From NCBI GenBank assembly GCA_950097015.1, contig CATNEN010000004.1, forward strand, positions 248,001 through 312,000: DNA of 64,000 nt. Direction: 5' to 3'. The notes below the pieces were generated by a model. That model had not been told where the DNA came from. It saw only the letters and a program-made list of their open reading frames with translations, and ran no database searches. This DNA comes from Macrostomum hystrix (taxonomy: Eukaryota > Animalia > Platyhelminthes). Position 1 is the stretch's first letter; each line of letters opens with the position of its first letter. The translations under genes were made by a program, and so were the position numbers. Shown here piece after piece: positions 10,949 through 23,796 of this stretch.

Positions 10949-13288
10949 CTGAAAAGAGAACGTTTTTTCACTATGTTTTACTATGAGTAGTGCCTCTGAG
11001 GTGTAAGCAGCGAATAGGGGACACTGACTAGTAAATCCAGACAGCCTTACGATATCTAAATACTAACTATTGCTTGCAAGGAAGTGAGTAATTTAAAAGC
11101 CTGAAGTCATTATGATGGCATGAAACATGAAACTATTGCACTGCATTTCAAATGTACAATGATGCATTTTTTGCGATTGACACATTCAATTTACATCGGA
11201 TTCGTATGAGATCTTTCAAAAAACGAATCAAAGACAGATAAGATTATGAACAAGAATGTTTTAAAAGCAAAGGTCAATAATTGGACAATACAGATAATTT
11301 AGCATGTTTGTAAAATAAAGAAATTTTCACCTTTTTGCAACAGCATTTGACAAGCACTTTTGTGTAGTTAAAAAGTAAGTACTTTTGTTAGCTCTTAGCA
11401 TGCTCGCAGTCACACAAACTGAATAGGTCAAGAGCAATTTTTAAGCCCAATTGTTGTCAAACTGTAAAACAGAATCACTAAAAAGTGTTATGGGCGATTT
11501 GAAAAGTTAAAGGTAAGAGTTAAAAAATACGAGCGTAAATACAAATGCTGCTTCATTTAAGCGAATTGCACAGCTTAGTGATCTCTTAGGCTGCAAAGCC
11601 AGATTTCAGAATTGCAGTAACTTCAATTTCAAAACTCTCCCGGTTCACTTGTCTGCCAAGTAGCGCTCAGAAACTGTGCGAGATGCGAAGAGTAAGAAGC
11701 CCCAGGCGATGAACACAATGCAGACTAGCAGGAAGTTGAGGAACAAGCCGATTGTGTGCCGACTGTAAGCATACATTCCCCTGGCTGTTGGCAGTCTGGA
11801 GAGCAGTTTGTGTGGAACGTCATCAAAACAAAGACTTCATCTAATTTTAGTGACTTTATTTTTCCTGTGCTTATTAACAAGTAACTACTGATGGAACAAT
11901 CGTAGAATAAATAGTACAATCAATGAAACAAAAGCTTTACGAACGAGGACCCACTTTTTGTAACACTAGAATTATTTATATAAAAAGTCACACAAATGTA
12001 TCGCCGCATATTGAATTGGATAGAGTTTTTACTAAGGAGCAGATCCATGTTACGATTTTTTTACATAATAGTCAGATATATTATAAACAAATTAGATAGC
12101 ATAATATTTGAATTGTAATTGAAATAACAAAAATGAAACACTGTAAGACAGAAGCAAGAACAAAAAAGCTTTCATATTTCATAAAAAAATTATGATCACT
12201 TAATTCTTTGAAAACCAGACCAGGTATGGAATGGTTATACAAAAAAGAGAAAAAAAATGCTAATGCATTTCAGTATAAATACCTATTTTAATACACCATT
12301 CAATTAAAATTTAAATACCCCATGACCTTTTGTTTTTTTTTCTTTCTTAAAGTCAATTAAAGGATAAGATTGCTCAATTCTTATATTTATTTTTATGTCT
12401 GCACGATTGAAATTTAAAGTCCTGTTAATAAAAAAAGAAATTCAAAGGTATTTTTTGCCATGAAGTTAAAAGAAAAAGCATTCTAGACTTCTATTAATTT
12501 CTCATCGAATACTCTCGATGCAGCATCGTGCACACACTTACTCAAAATAATTAATTTAAAGCAAAAGTTGTGTCTAAAGACCAAATGAAAAGCTTTGTCA
12601 TATATATCTTCTGTCCATAGCAGAAAACGATCTTTCATTTCTGAATTCGCACTTTGAACCTAAATCACCACATAGTTTCGAAGTTGAAAAAGACCAATAA
12701 CCATTGGTATTAAAGGACTTTTGGTAAACTTTAATCCTCTATCTTGTTAAAATAAAAACACTAGTGCATAATTCAAAGAGATCAGTATAGTTTTTGTTTC
12801 ACTATTAATTAGTAGCAAAAGTAGTTGTTATACTCGTTATGCTATTGCTTGAATTAAGCCGGTTTGCTAAATAATGGATACAGATGCTTTGAGGCTTTCC
12901 TGTAATCCTACTGTAATTTTCTGACTAAACAACGCTGAGCTGTATTGCAGTTTTTATTTTACAAATAGTTTAGAAAACTGAAGCGTGAAAATTATAAAGT
13001 CCATTAAATTTAAAAGAAAAAATCAATTGCGTGGACAAATAATTCTGCATGCAAAGTCTCGGTAAGAGCTAGTGTATACGTAAACTTTTTCCATCTGTTT
13101 CAGACTTCGTGGAGTGCATGGAGACTGCATATTGTAACTGAAAGAGACTAGCAAATAAGTATATGGTATATAGTATGGCCATAGAAATGCAGTCACGAGG
13201 CAACTCTTGAGCCCAAATAAAAGAAAGGTGGTGATACTTTATTTATCACTCGTTGACTGAACGATTCAAAGTCAGTAGTCTTTGGTAG

Positions 13289-13487
13289 TGTAAGACGCTG
13301 GTTTGTCAGGTAGCACGCTCATAAAACGTGAAGAGCCATACTGACTCGCTAGCACTATATTTGGCAGCAACACTGGGGTGAGCGTACCCCCCAATCACGC
13401 CACGCAAGCACGCACGCCGGCGTGTACGCTCAACTCCCGGGCGCCTCGCAGTGTACACTGCGGGCCTTGAACTCTAAGCTGCTTACA
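13289..13487 (-). repeat. Putative 3' LTR (199 bp, TG..CA termini)
   Basis: Inverted termini TGTAAG/CTTACA (10 bp with flanks GTAG/CTAC) and a directly adjacent polypurine tract. No second copy in the window. Confidence 0.65.
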
Positions 13488-15420
13488 CTACTTTCCCCCC
13501 TAGAAGCAGTTCAGGCAAGCAAAGCCGGACATATAAAAGTCAGCAGGCCGGCGTTCTCTCGCCGAGCGTCGGAGAGCAAGCCACAGGCTGCTCAGCGTCC
13601 CCGTGCAGCTGGCTGAGCTCGGCGCCCACAGCGAACTGGCTGCTGTCGCAGCTCAAAACGACCTGCTTGCTGAATTCGGGCAGCCGCAGCACCGGGGCAG
13701 TCGTCAACTTGTCCTTCAGCTCGTTGAACGCCCGCTCGTAGCCGCTGCTTTATCTGAAGTCTATCGCTGTCTGGCTGACGTCGTGCAGCACCCTCGCAGT
13801 CTGGCTGAAGTCCTGGATGAAGCGGCGACAGAAGCCCAGCATGCCGAGGAAACACTTCACCTCCTCTGCGGTCGTCGGACTGGACATGCTGCGGATGGCG
13901 TCCACCTTGCTCGGGTCCGGTGCGATGCCCTGCTCGCTGACCAGGTGCCCCAGGTACAGTACTGGCGGTGGCCGAAGACACTCTTCGCCCTGTGCAGCTT
14001 GAGCCCGGCGCCTCGAAGCCGCTGAAGGACCTGCGCTAGCCACGCCAGGTGCTCGTTGAAGGTTCTGCTGAAGACGATGATGTCGTCGATGTAGGTCAGC
14101 ACCACCTCCCAGGACAAGCCGGACATGACGAGCTCCATAATGCGCTGAAATATCGCTGGGGCGTTGCACATCCCGAAGCCCATCTTGCGAAACTGCATCA
14201 GGACGCGGGTGGAGTAGAAGGCATCTTTGGCCGGTCTTCCTCCGCCACCTCCACCTGGTGATAACTCTGCTGGCAATCTATGGTGGAGAACCAGGAACAG
14301 CCGACTAGTGCGTCCATGGCTTGCTGCAGATGCGGCAACGGGTAGGCGTCCTTGACGGTGCAGGCGTTCAGCTGTCGCCAGTCGGTGCAGAGCCTGATGT
14401 CGCCGTTCTTCTTGCGCACCACCAGGAGGTTGCTGGCCCAAGGAGACATGGACGGCTTGATGATGCCGCTGTCCAGCATCTGGCCGATCTTGTCCACCTG
14501 GTCCCGCATGGACAAAGGCAGTCGTCGCTGAACATGCCTGCGCGGCCGCGTTCCGGGCTCCAGTTCTATCCTGTGCTGCAGCAGCTCCGTCGTGCCCAGG
14601 TCGTACTCGTGCCTTGCGAAAAGGTCCTCGTTCTGCTCCAGCAGCTGGCGCAGCCTCTCCGCATCCGCCTCGGTAAGCTCCGGGTTGATGTTCCAGCCGA
14701 GGGGTCCTCCTGGAGATTGTCGCTCCTCCCCCCGGCCATCGCACCCTCGAACGTCCCGACGGCTTTATTGGCGTACAGCAGCACGGGCTCCTCGGCCAGG
14801 TTGCACATCTTGAGGGGATTCGGCCGTCGTCCGAGATAGTCAGCACGCACGCCGAAAGCACCGCCGTGGATGCTTGGCACCAGGCAGCAACTGGCCCGCG
14901 GCTGCTCGCTGCTGAAAGCCACCGTATCGCTGTCAAACCGGACGACGCCTTCCTTCATGTCGATGGTCACCGTCTGCGACACCCGGCCGATAAAGTCCAT
15001 GTCGAGGATCAGTCTAGGTCTAAAACTGCGCCGCGCTCGAATCGCTCTGCCGATCGCAACCTCCGCCGTCGTCAGGCCAAGGCAGCGCAGCCGCGAGCCG
15101 TCGACAGAGGTCGGCATGACGCTGATGTCCTTGCAGTCGAGCTGGCAGTCAAGCTTGTCGTACAGCGACTTGTCCAGCAGGGCGGGCGAGCTGTGCCTGC
15201 CGAACCGCACTGGCACGAAGATGGACGACGCGGATCTGTGGGCCCCTTGAGAGGGGGTCGGCGCTGGCCCCAGGCTGCCGACCCTCAGCAGTTTCCCCGC
15301 GGCTGAGCAGCTGGTGTCGGGCAGACCGCCGCCATGCGCCCCTTTGACGGCCTTCCTTGCCTGCGGCTCCCGTTCGCACGCCTGCAGCCAGCTGTTAAAC
15401 CTGCTGCTTCAGACGGCTGA
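13289..15420 (-). mobile_element. Degenerate Ty3/Gypsy LTR retrotransposon: gag tail, protease remnant, RT and RNase H start, then PPT and 3' LTR; 5' LTR and integrase missing
   Basis: Frameshifted pol fragments SPWASNLLVVRKKNGDIRLCTDWRQLN, GMCNAPAIFQRIM, YIDDIIVFS, YLGHLVS and FLGMLGFCRRFI. Minus-strand PPT TAGGGGGGAAAGTAG at 13502-13488 abuts a 199-bp segment bounded by TGTAAG..CTTACA. Confidence 0.85.
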
Positions 15421-17257
15421 TGCCGTGAAAAGTGGTAAGTGGTATCAAAACCAGTGCCTCAGCCAACATACCATCGATTCCGTTGTACAGTCCGTAACGG
15501 TGGGACTGCCAAAGCATACTGATGGTCGCTACACGAACCAGACGATGCGAAACTTTGTCGGATTTGTGTTTCATTTCTAAATATAGATTTCGCTGGGCTC
15601 GAAATCGGGGCCCATTAAATATTTAATGGTCCCCGATTTGAGGACCATTAAGTGAAAAGTACAAAAAATAGATTCCAGGAAGGCAGAATCCAGACATACT
15701 CATAGGCAATCACTTCCCCCATTTCGAAAGAGCCCAATAAATGTACTTTCTTTGCGTTGGAGGATTTTAAACTCACATATACTACACATACTCGTATAAC
15801 GTAAGCCTGGATAACATGTGTGACCGTGGCCACACACGATGGCTAAATTCCAGGAGGCTGGACCGAACGATGCCCATAAAGGGAAATAAAATGTAGTGTA
15901 GTCGCCACATTCAGAAGCGGCCGGGCTGTGGGCCTGGTCACATGACAACATGACACTCAAAAACACATTGTCTTGGTTTGCAGTAGTGAATAGTGAATCT
16001 TGCTATTTTTTGGCAATTTCTCCTGTGGCATTTGACACAGCCGATGATGTAGGTCATCTGTGGTGTAGGTCTGTAGGCTTGGGTTAGAATTTTACACGCC
16101 AAAGTTTCACTCACATAAAATTACAGGGAATTTTTACAGGCACTATTTTACAGTCCACTGTAAAGATCAATTCATTACTTCCACCTTTGTCGTTCGACTA
16201 GAAACGAGTCAAAAATAAGTATCTTTTAAAGTTGGATAGGATTTAATAAATTGCGATAGGCTTTTTATCAGGAGGACGTGGTTTTTTCAGAATTTCGATG
16301 CGAAAAAAACGCGTACCATACTACTGCCGCTGGCAGCAGTAGTAGACAGCAGTAGTAAGTGTAGCGAGTGCATCTACACCAGATTCCCCTGGTGTCGAGC
16401 TGGCATTCTTCTTTGCCCAGTTCAAGCGACGCTTAAATATAAATATAAATATAAATATAAAAGGTGAAGTTTTCTTTAACAGCACCCTATACTACTTGGG
16501 GAAGTTGGGCAGTAGTAAACTCAAAGTAGATCCGTAAAAGTAGATCTCATGTACTATAGAGAGGGACTGAGGGGGCGATATTTGAGGCCAGCATTGAGGC
16601 TCAGGGTGAGATTTTGGTGAGTTGTGAGATTCAGGGAGAGGTTCAGGGTGTTGAAGACTGGGGAGATGGTGATTTGGGTGGGAAGAAGGCCGGAGTGGAG
16701 CCAGCCAATGGAAGGGCGACCCCTGACACCCACCTCACCTCCAAAAGCCACATCCTAATCACCTAGTAGTCTGATCTTAACATTTATAAAAGAAATTGAA
16801 ATTGTAAAATTATTTTTTCCCAGAAACATGTAATAGTCTACTCACAGAGGCTTGCAATAATCATTTCAGCGTAAATGTTTTGCATTGGATAAGTTGCTCG
16901 CAAAATGTTTACTTATGCATCATTTTAAGTTTAAGTTTTCTTTGTTTTAACGCAGCTTTTTTTCTTCATAAAAACCTTAAAATCCATCGCACACGCTTCA
17001 TTTATGCGAATATTATAGGAAAAACGGGTGATAAAAATATATATTGATCATGGTGCAAGACAGAATCGTTTTATTAATCCTATAAAATAGCTTGCGATGC
17101 AATTTTATATAGCAAGAAGACAGCCCCGATAAAAAATTGGACCGCATTAGGAAACACATAAAAGTTTTTATTGCAGCTACGACTATCATTCAGCAGGGGC
17201 ATTTGCCAGCTCTAAAGTACAACTTGTACTGGCCAAACTACTCGGAAAAGTAGAGAT

Positions 17258-17784
17258 AGTGTCTACCGTCTGATGAATGGTGTCTACTGTCTGATGAATG
17301 GTGTCTACTGTCTGATGAATGGTGTCTACTGTCTGATGAATGGTGTCTACTGTCTGATGAATGGTGTCTACTGTCTGATGAAAGGTGTCTACTGTCTGAT
17401 GAATGGTGTCTACTGTCTGATGAATGGTGTCTACTGTCTGATGAATGGTGTCTACTGTCTGATGAATGGTGTCTACTGTCTGATGAAAGGGGTCTACTGT
17501 CTGATGAAAGGTGTCTACTGTCTGATGAATAGTGTCTACTGTCTGATGAAAGGTATCTACTGTCTGATGAATAGTGTCTACTGTCTGATGAATAGTGTCT
17601 ACTGTCTGATGAATAGTGTCTACTGTCTGATGAATAGTGTCTACTGTCTGATGAATAGTGTCTACTGTCTGATGAATAGCGTCTACTGTCTGATGAATGG
17701 ATCAGTCAGTCAGTCAGTCAGTCAGTCAGTCAGTCAGTCAGTCAGTCAGTCAGTCAGTCAGTCAGTCAGTCAGTCAGTCAGTCA
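17258..17784. repeat. 21-bp minisatellite (ATGAATGGTGTCTACTGTCTG) followed by a (TCAG)n microsatellite at 17701-17784
   Basis: About 21 copies of each, immediately downstream of the GPCR stop codon. Confidence 0.95.
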
Positions 17785-17852
17785 CGCAATCTCTACAGCA
17801 GAAGACACGTCGTTGCCGGCTCAAGCAGAAATTTCTCTTCTGCATCTGACCG

Positions 17853-18985
17853 TCATTTAGTGGCACTTGCACTTTGGGCAGCTCCGCCGCCGCCGCCTGC
17901 GCCGGTGCCGCCACAGCTTCGACTAGCGGCAGTCCGACCAGTTGTCGCTGGTTGACGCCCCATTAGCCGCAGGCAGGCAGTCCGGATCTCTGTGTTCATA
18001 GCTCCGAAGATGATGGGGTTGGCGCAGGAGGCGAGGGCGTACATCAGGGTGACGGCCACGTAGGCGTTCGGGCTGAGCTGGTTGTTGGAGTCAAGCATGC
18101 GCAGGCAGCCGTAGGGCAGGAAGCCGATGAGGAACATGGCGAACACGGCGCCGAACATCTTGGTGATCTGCAGCTCGCGCTTCAGCAGCAGCCGGTCGGC
18201 AATGGTGGACCGGACTCCAGTCCGGTGGACGAACACGAATATCAGGGCGAAGCAGACGAGAACGATGAGGCAGGGCAGCAGCTGGGTGAGCAGTACAACA
18301 ATTCCGATTCGCGACTTGTGCTCGCCAGTGTAGATGCAGCGGAGCATTTTCACCTGTGTGGGTTGCGTACTCAGTAACTTAGGAAAATGACCTTGGCGCG
18401 AGAGGCAATCACGATAGACTGCTCTGCCACTCATCCCTCCCCCAAAGTACACCGATAGACAACCAGTCCTACCTGATAGGTGGTCATGTTGAACCAACGT
18501 CCACCATTGAACAGCGGGTGCGTCAGACTGAGCATCGCAGCAAACAGTCTGGTGCCAACTAGCATACACACGGAGTACAGGCCTTTGTGCATGCCCAGGT
18601 AGGCATTGCGATGCACCACCACAATGTACCGATGCAGACCAATCAGGGCGTGGTGCCACAGGGACACGCAAATCAGAAGCATGTTCAGTTCGGGCATGAG
18701 CTCGCATAGCAACCCTCCGAGCACCCACCCGTGAGCCAGGTAGGACACGGCCACCATGCTCTGATTGGCCAGCAGGTTTAGCAGGTCGTTGATGCACAGG
18801 CTGGTGATGAACAGGTTGATAAGGTTGCCGCGCATGTCTCTCCGGCCGAGGATCACCAGCACAATGAGCATGTTGCCAGCCAGTCCCAGCACTAGACAGG
18901 TGAGCATGGCAACACCGGCTGGCAGGGTGAAGCTCCGGTCTGGGGAGGCAGTGGGGCTGCCATTCAAACTCATTGAGTCGTTCAT
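17853..18985 (-). CDS. Rhodopsin-class 7TM GPCR, Tre1/moody/melatonin-receptor-like; join(18985..18473,18353..17853), 337 aa
   Basis: TM1 GN (GLAGNMLIV), TM2 LCINDL, TM3 C..HRY, TM6 ITKMFGAVFAMFLIGFLPY, TM7 SCANPIIF. A phase-0 119-bp intron (CAG|GTAGG..CACAG|GTG) joins the two ORFs in frame. Confidence 0.9.
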
Positions 18986-19367
18986 GGCTTTGAGATTATC
19001 GGCTGATTGGAGAGGAAACTCGACTGGACAGTTTGCATTCTGACACTCGGCTGCACATTTGTAGCTTTAAACTGTCTGGTCTGACATCGTGGCTTCCTCG
19101 GTAGCGCATTCGCAAGGGATCTGCCAGCCAATGGGAGTGCATCCAACGCCAGTGCTGAACTGGTTAGGAAATCACAGTCACGAATTCGAGCTGGGGAATA
19201 GGCTGGCAATAGCCTACAATGAGGTGAGCACTTTGTGTGAAGATTTCTTGGATCACTGAAAGTAAACAAGTGAGCGATTATCAGGGTGAGATAGATGAAA
19301 GTTGAGCTTTTTAAACTATTAAGACTATAATGGTTGAGTAAAGGGTCGAATTTAAAAATCCTAAAGA

Positions 19368-20160
19368 TCAGTAAAGAGTGAGATTATCAATGTGTGAGAT
19401 CAGTAAAGAGTGAGATTATCAATATGTGAGATCAGTAAAGAGTGAGATTATCAATGTGTGAGATCTGTAAAGAGTGAGATTATCAATGTGTGAGATCAGT
19501 AAAGAGTGAGATTATCAATCTTTGAGATCAGTAAAGAGTGAGATTATCAATCTTTGAGATCAGTAAAGAGTGAGATTATCAATCTTTGAGATCAGTAAAG
19601 AGTGAGATTATCAATCTTTGAGATCAGTAAAGAGTGAGATTATAAATCTTTGAGATCAGTAAAGAGTGAGATTATCAATCTTTGAGATCAGTAAAGAGTG
19701 AGATTATCAATCTTTGAGATCAGTAAAGAGTGAGATTATCAATCTTTGAGATCAGTAAAGAGTGAGATTATAAATCTTTGAGATCAGTAAAGAGTGAGAT
19801 TATCAATCTTTGAGATCAGTAAAGAGTGAGATTATCAATCTTTGAGATCAGTAAAGAGTGAGATTATCAATCTTTGAGATCAGTAAAGAGTGAGATTATC
19901 AATCTTTGAGATCAGTAAAGAGTGAGATTATCAATATGTGAGATCAGTAAAGAGTGAGATTATCAATGTGTGAGATCAGTAAAGAGTGAGATTATCAATC
20001 TTTGAGATCAGTAAAGAGTGAGATTATCAATGTGTGAGATCAGTAAAGAGTGAGATTATCAATGTGTGAGATCAGTAAAGAGTGAGATTATCAATCTTTG
20101 AGATCAGTAAAGAGTGAGATTATCAATGTGTGAGATCAGTAAAGGATGTGATTATCAATG
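19368..20160. repeat. 32-bp minisatellite (GATCAGTAAAGAGTGAGATTATCAATCTTTGA)
   Basis: About 24 tandem copies. Confidence 0.95.
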
Positions 20161-20644
20161 TGTAGGATCGGCGAATTTCTCCAATTTCACAGTTCAAGCC
20201 AGAATATTATGCGCAGCTCAACAACAGTACGATAGTCAGTTAGCATTCAGTCGCTGCCAAAAAGGATTTCCCCCTGGGTATTAAAACAGGCGGCTAAATG
20301 GCTTGATAGTCCTACTGTTAAACCGGACATTGTTTGCACCCTGCGAACGCCTCTTCGCTTAGCTGATCCCAGCGCGATATTTCGAGGGCAAAAAATTGGG
20401 AATAAAATCTGCTAATTTCTCTTGGGGGTAGGAAATAAAGTTTTTTTACAATCAGAGACAGAGCCGGACCACTTTGCACCACCAAATCGGTTGCCCGGAA
20501 GCTAACTGAGAAATACTAAATCCCATTGCTCTCAGTCCTGCAGTGTGGCTGCTGTAGCGAGACCAGCAGTTGAAATTTCTGTCGCCTTCTCGGCCACTCG
20601 TGTGTGCTGCATGTAAGGAATGGGACTGGATCCAAGAGATCCAC

Positions 20645-21230
20645 TGAGATTATCGAGTGTTATAACTGCAAAGTATATAGCAGGGGAGATGTTTGAGGGG
20701 AAATTCTCGATGGAGATTATCGATACAAACTATCGAGTGGATTGTTGAGAGAGATGATCGAAATGGATTATCTAGAAGTACGAGTATTATCGAGAGAGAT
20801 TATCGAAGGAATTATCGAGTGGATTATTGAGAGAGATTATCGAAGGAATTATCGAGTGGATTATTAGGAGAGATTATCGAAAGGGATTATCTAGAAGTAC
20901 GAGTATTATCGAGAGAGATTATCGAAAGGGATTATCTAGAAGTACGAGTATTATCGAGAGAGATTATCGAAGGAACTATCGAGTGGATTGTTGAGAGAGA
21001 TTATCGAAAGGGATTATCTAGAAGTACGAGTAATATCGAGAGAGATTATCTAAGGGATTATCGAGTGGATTATTGAGAGAGATTGTCGAAAGGGATTATC
21101 TAGAAGTATTATCGAGAGAGATTATCAACGGGTTTTCCGGGTGGATTTTCGATGGGGACAACGCTCGAATCAAAAGGGATCATTGAAGGAGATTACTGAA
21201 TAAATTTATCGATGGAGATTATCAATTAGA
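20645..21230. repeat. Degenerate repeat array built on GAGATTATCGA / GGATTATC motifs
   Basis: Recurrent GAGAGATTATCGAA(A)GGGATTATCTAGAAGTA blocks with irregular period. Confidence 0.75.
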
Positions 21231-21854
21231 AGAGATACTCCTAATTATGCTTTCTCAGGTAGTGAAATGAAAAAATGTTGTAAATCCTAGTGACCAGATA
21301 TATTTTTAGCTATAAGAAAAATTGAAAACTAGAAAATGAAATTCTACTTATAACAAAAAGCAGGCTTTGTTTAAAAAAATGAAAAAGATGCGATACTGAC
21401 ATTCCTTTCACCGATACATAAAGTTAACTAAGTCATCGCTAAATCAGTTTCACCTGAATGCCAGGTAGGTTGCAAACTTATTATTAACATTAGTAATATA
21501 TTTCTTCTGCTAGGCACTGTGGGATTATATCTGTGGCCTGCACAGATTCCAATCCCAGACTTATGAGATTCTGCCTTCGTTAATTCGTGTCTTTCTTTGT
21601 CCACAAACAGTGCAAGCAACAGCTTTCTTGCATTTCTTCATCAAGCAATGTCGCGCTCTTTCAGGCCTGAGACTCATTAGGAATGTTTTGTCTTCTCTCT
21701 ACTCCGATTTCACATTTGCAACTAAATCTCATTTCTTTTCTCATTTGCCTTTACTGTTTCTTAAAGACCTTTGTGCTTCTCTTTCCCGTCTTCCTCCTCT
21801 CATCATGCTCAGAGATTGGTGCTCCCGCTCTCCCATCTCCCAATCCCTTCTTCG

Positions 21855-22690
21855 TCTCCCCATCTGCATCTCCTCTCACCCCATCTGCATCTCCTCTCAA
21901 CCCATCTGCATCTCCTCTCTCCCCATCTGCATCTCCTCTCTCCCCATCTGCATCTCCTCTCACCCCATTTGCATCTCCTCTCACCCCATTTGCATCTCCT
22001 CTCACCCCATCTGCATCTCCTCTCACCCCATTTGCATCTCCTCTCACCCCATTTGCATCTCCTCTCACCCCATTTGCATCTCCTCTCAACCCATTTGCAT
22101 CTCCTCTCACCCCATTTGCATCTCCTCTCACCCCATTTGCATCTCCTCTCACCCCATTTGCATCTCCTCTCACCCCATCTGCATCTCCTCTCACCCCATT
22201 TGCATCTCCTCTCACCCCATTTGCATCTCCTCTCACCCCATTTGCATCTCCTCTCAACCCATTTGCATCTCCTCTCACCCCATTTGCATCTCCTCTCACC
22301 CCATTTGCATCTCCTCTCACCCCATTTGCATCTCCTCTCACCTTATCTGCATCTCCTCTCACCTTATCTGCATCTCCTCTCACCCCATTTGCATCTCCTC
22401 TCACCCCATTTGCATCTCCTCTCACCTTATCTGCATCTCCTCTCAACCCATCTGCATCTCCTCTCCCCCTATTTGCATCTCCTCTCACCTTATCTGCATC
22501 TCCTCTCACCTCATCTGCATCTCCTCTCCCCCCATCTGCATCTCCTCTCAACCCATCTGCATCTCCTCTCCCCCTATTTGCATCTCCTCTCACCTTATCT
22601 GCATCTCCTCTCACCCCATCTGCATCTCCTCTCCCCCATCTGCATTTCCTCTCATCTTATCTGCATCTCCTCTCTCCCCATCTGCATCCC
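21855..22690. repeat. 21-bp minisatellite (TCTCCTCTCACCCCATTTGCA)
   Basis: About 39 copies; the four overlapping ORFs here are repeat translations. Confidence 0.95.
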
Positions 22691-23289
22691 CTGTTGCCTC
22701 CCTTAAAGCCTGTTCATTCGATGAAGAGCCAATGGACCCAGTCCATAGTTTTCGCTCAGTCCCCAGACAGGAGAGAAGCTGTTATTGCTGTTTGGCCACA
22801 TCCGGCATCGCCCGCTGTCTGCCGCGCAACCTTCAATTTGCATAGCATCCGGCTATGCAGCCTTGAGCAAATAATTTAGCATTTCAAAATAAGCCTTTGA
22901 AGCTGGCCTTCTAAATTGGATAAAAAATATTTGTTCAGCTGCCCAGCTACGGTCAGCCTTGCAATGCCCAAATCTTGGAAGCCCGCCCGCGAATGTCAGA
23001 GGACCAATTAATCTGACATCTCCCATGCGTGCGCCGAGGGGCAAACCGATTTGCCTGGGCACTTAATCTAATAGAATGCTTCACACTTCCCCCACAGAAC
23101 ACCTACCAACCTAGGCATCTCTAGTGTTATCCCTCCTAAACTTTTCCTCCCGCTGTTGTGTTCCCTAGAACTCCCATCCAGCTGACAGACTCAAGCTGCC
23201 ATTAGAAATTACTATTTTAATTAGAAAGCCACAGTTAGCATATGAATGACTGCCATTCTCAACTTTAACCAATGGCTCCACCTCTGCCA

Positions 23290-23703
23290 CTCTCCCTACT
23301 CACTCCATTCTACCCACACCCACTCTCTCTACTCTACTCTCCTTCTCTCCCACTCTCCCACTTTCCCCCTTCTACCCACACCCACTCTCTCAATCTCTCT
23401 CTCTGTCACTCTCAATCTCTCACTCTCTCACTTCAACTCTCCCACCCTCCCACTCTCCCACTCTCCCACACTCCCACTCTCTCTACTCTCCCACTCTCTC
23501 TACTCTCCCACTCTCTCTACTCTCCCACTCTCTCTACTCTCCTACTCTCTGTACTCTCCCACTCTCTCTACTCTGCCACTCTCTCTACTCTCCCACTCTC
23601 TCTACTCTCCCACTCTCTCTACTCTCCCACTCTCTCTACTCTCCCACTCTCTCTACTCTCCCACTCTCTCTACTCTCCCACTCTCTCTACTCTCCCACTC
23701 TCC
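23290..23703. repeat. 17-bp CT-rich minisatellite (CTACTCTCCCACTCTCT), left part; split by LINE insertion
   Basis: The same unit resumes at 29887. Confidence 0.9.
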
Positions 23704-23796
23704 TTGACTTACTTGACTTAGCTGCAGGGGGCATCTTCCGGATGCAGCGGGGAGGCGTTGCCGCCCATTCCGCTAGCCCCTGGCGACCACGGGCAA

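Noticed and set aside
15420-16000. Search for a 5' LTR matching 13289-13487
   Set aside because: No matching copy was found, so the element is treated as 5'-truncated and no TSD is claimed.
17258-17700. CTGATGA in every 21-bp unit as a hammerhead ribozyme core
   Set aside because: There is no GAAA partner or flanking stems; the motif is incidental to the repeat.
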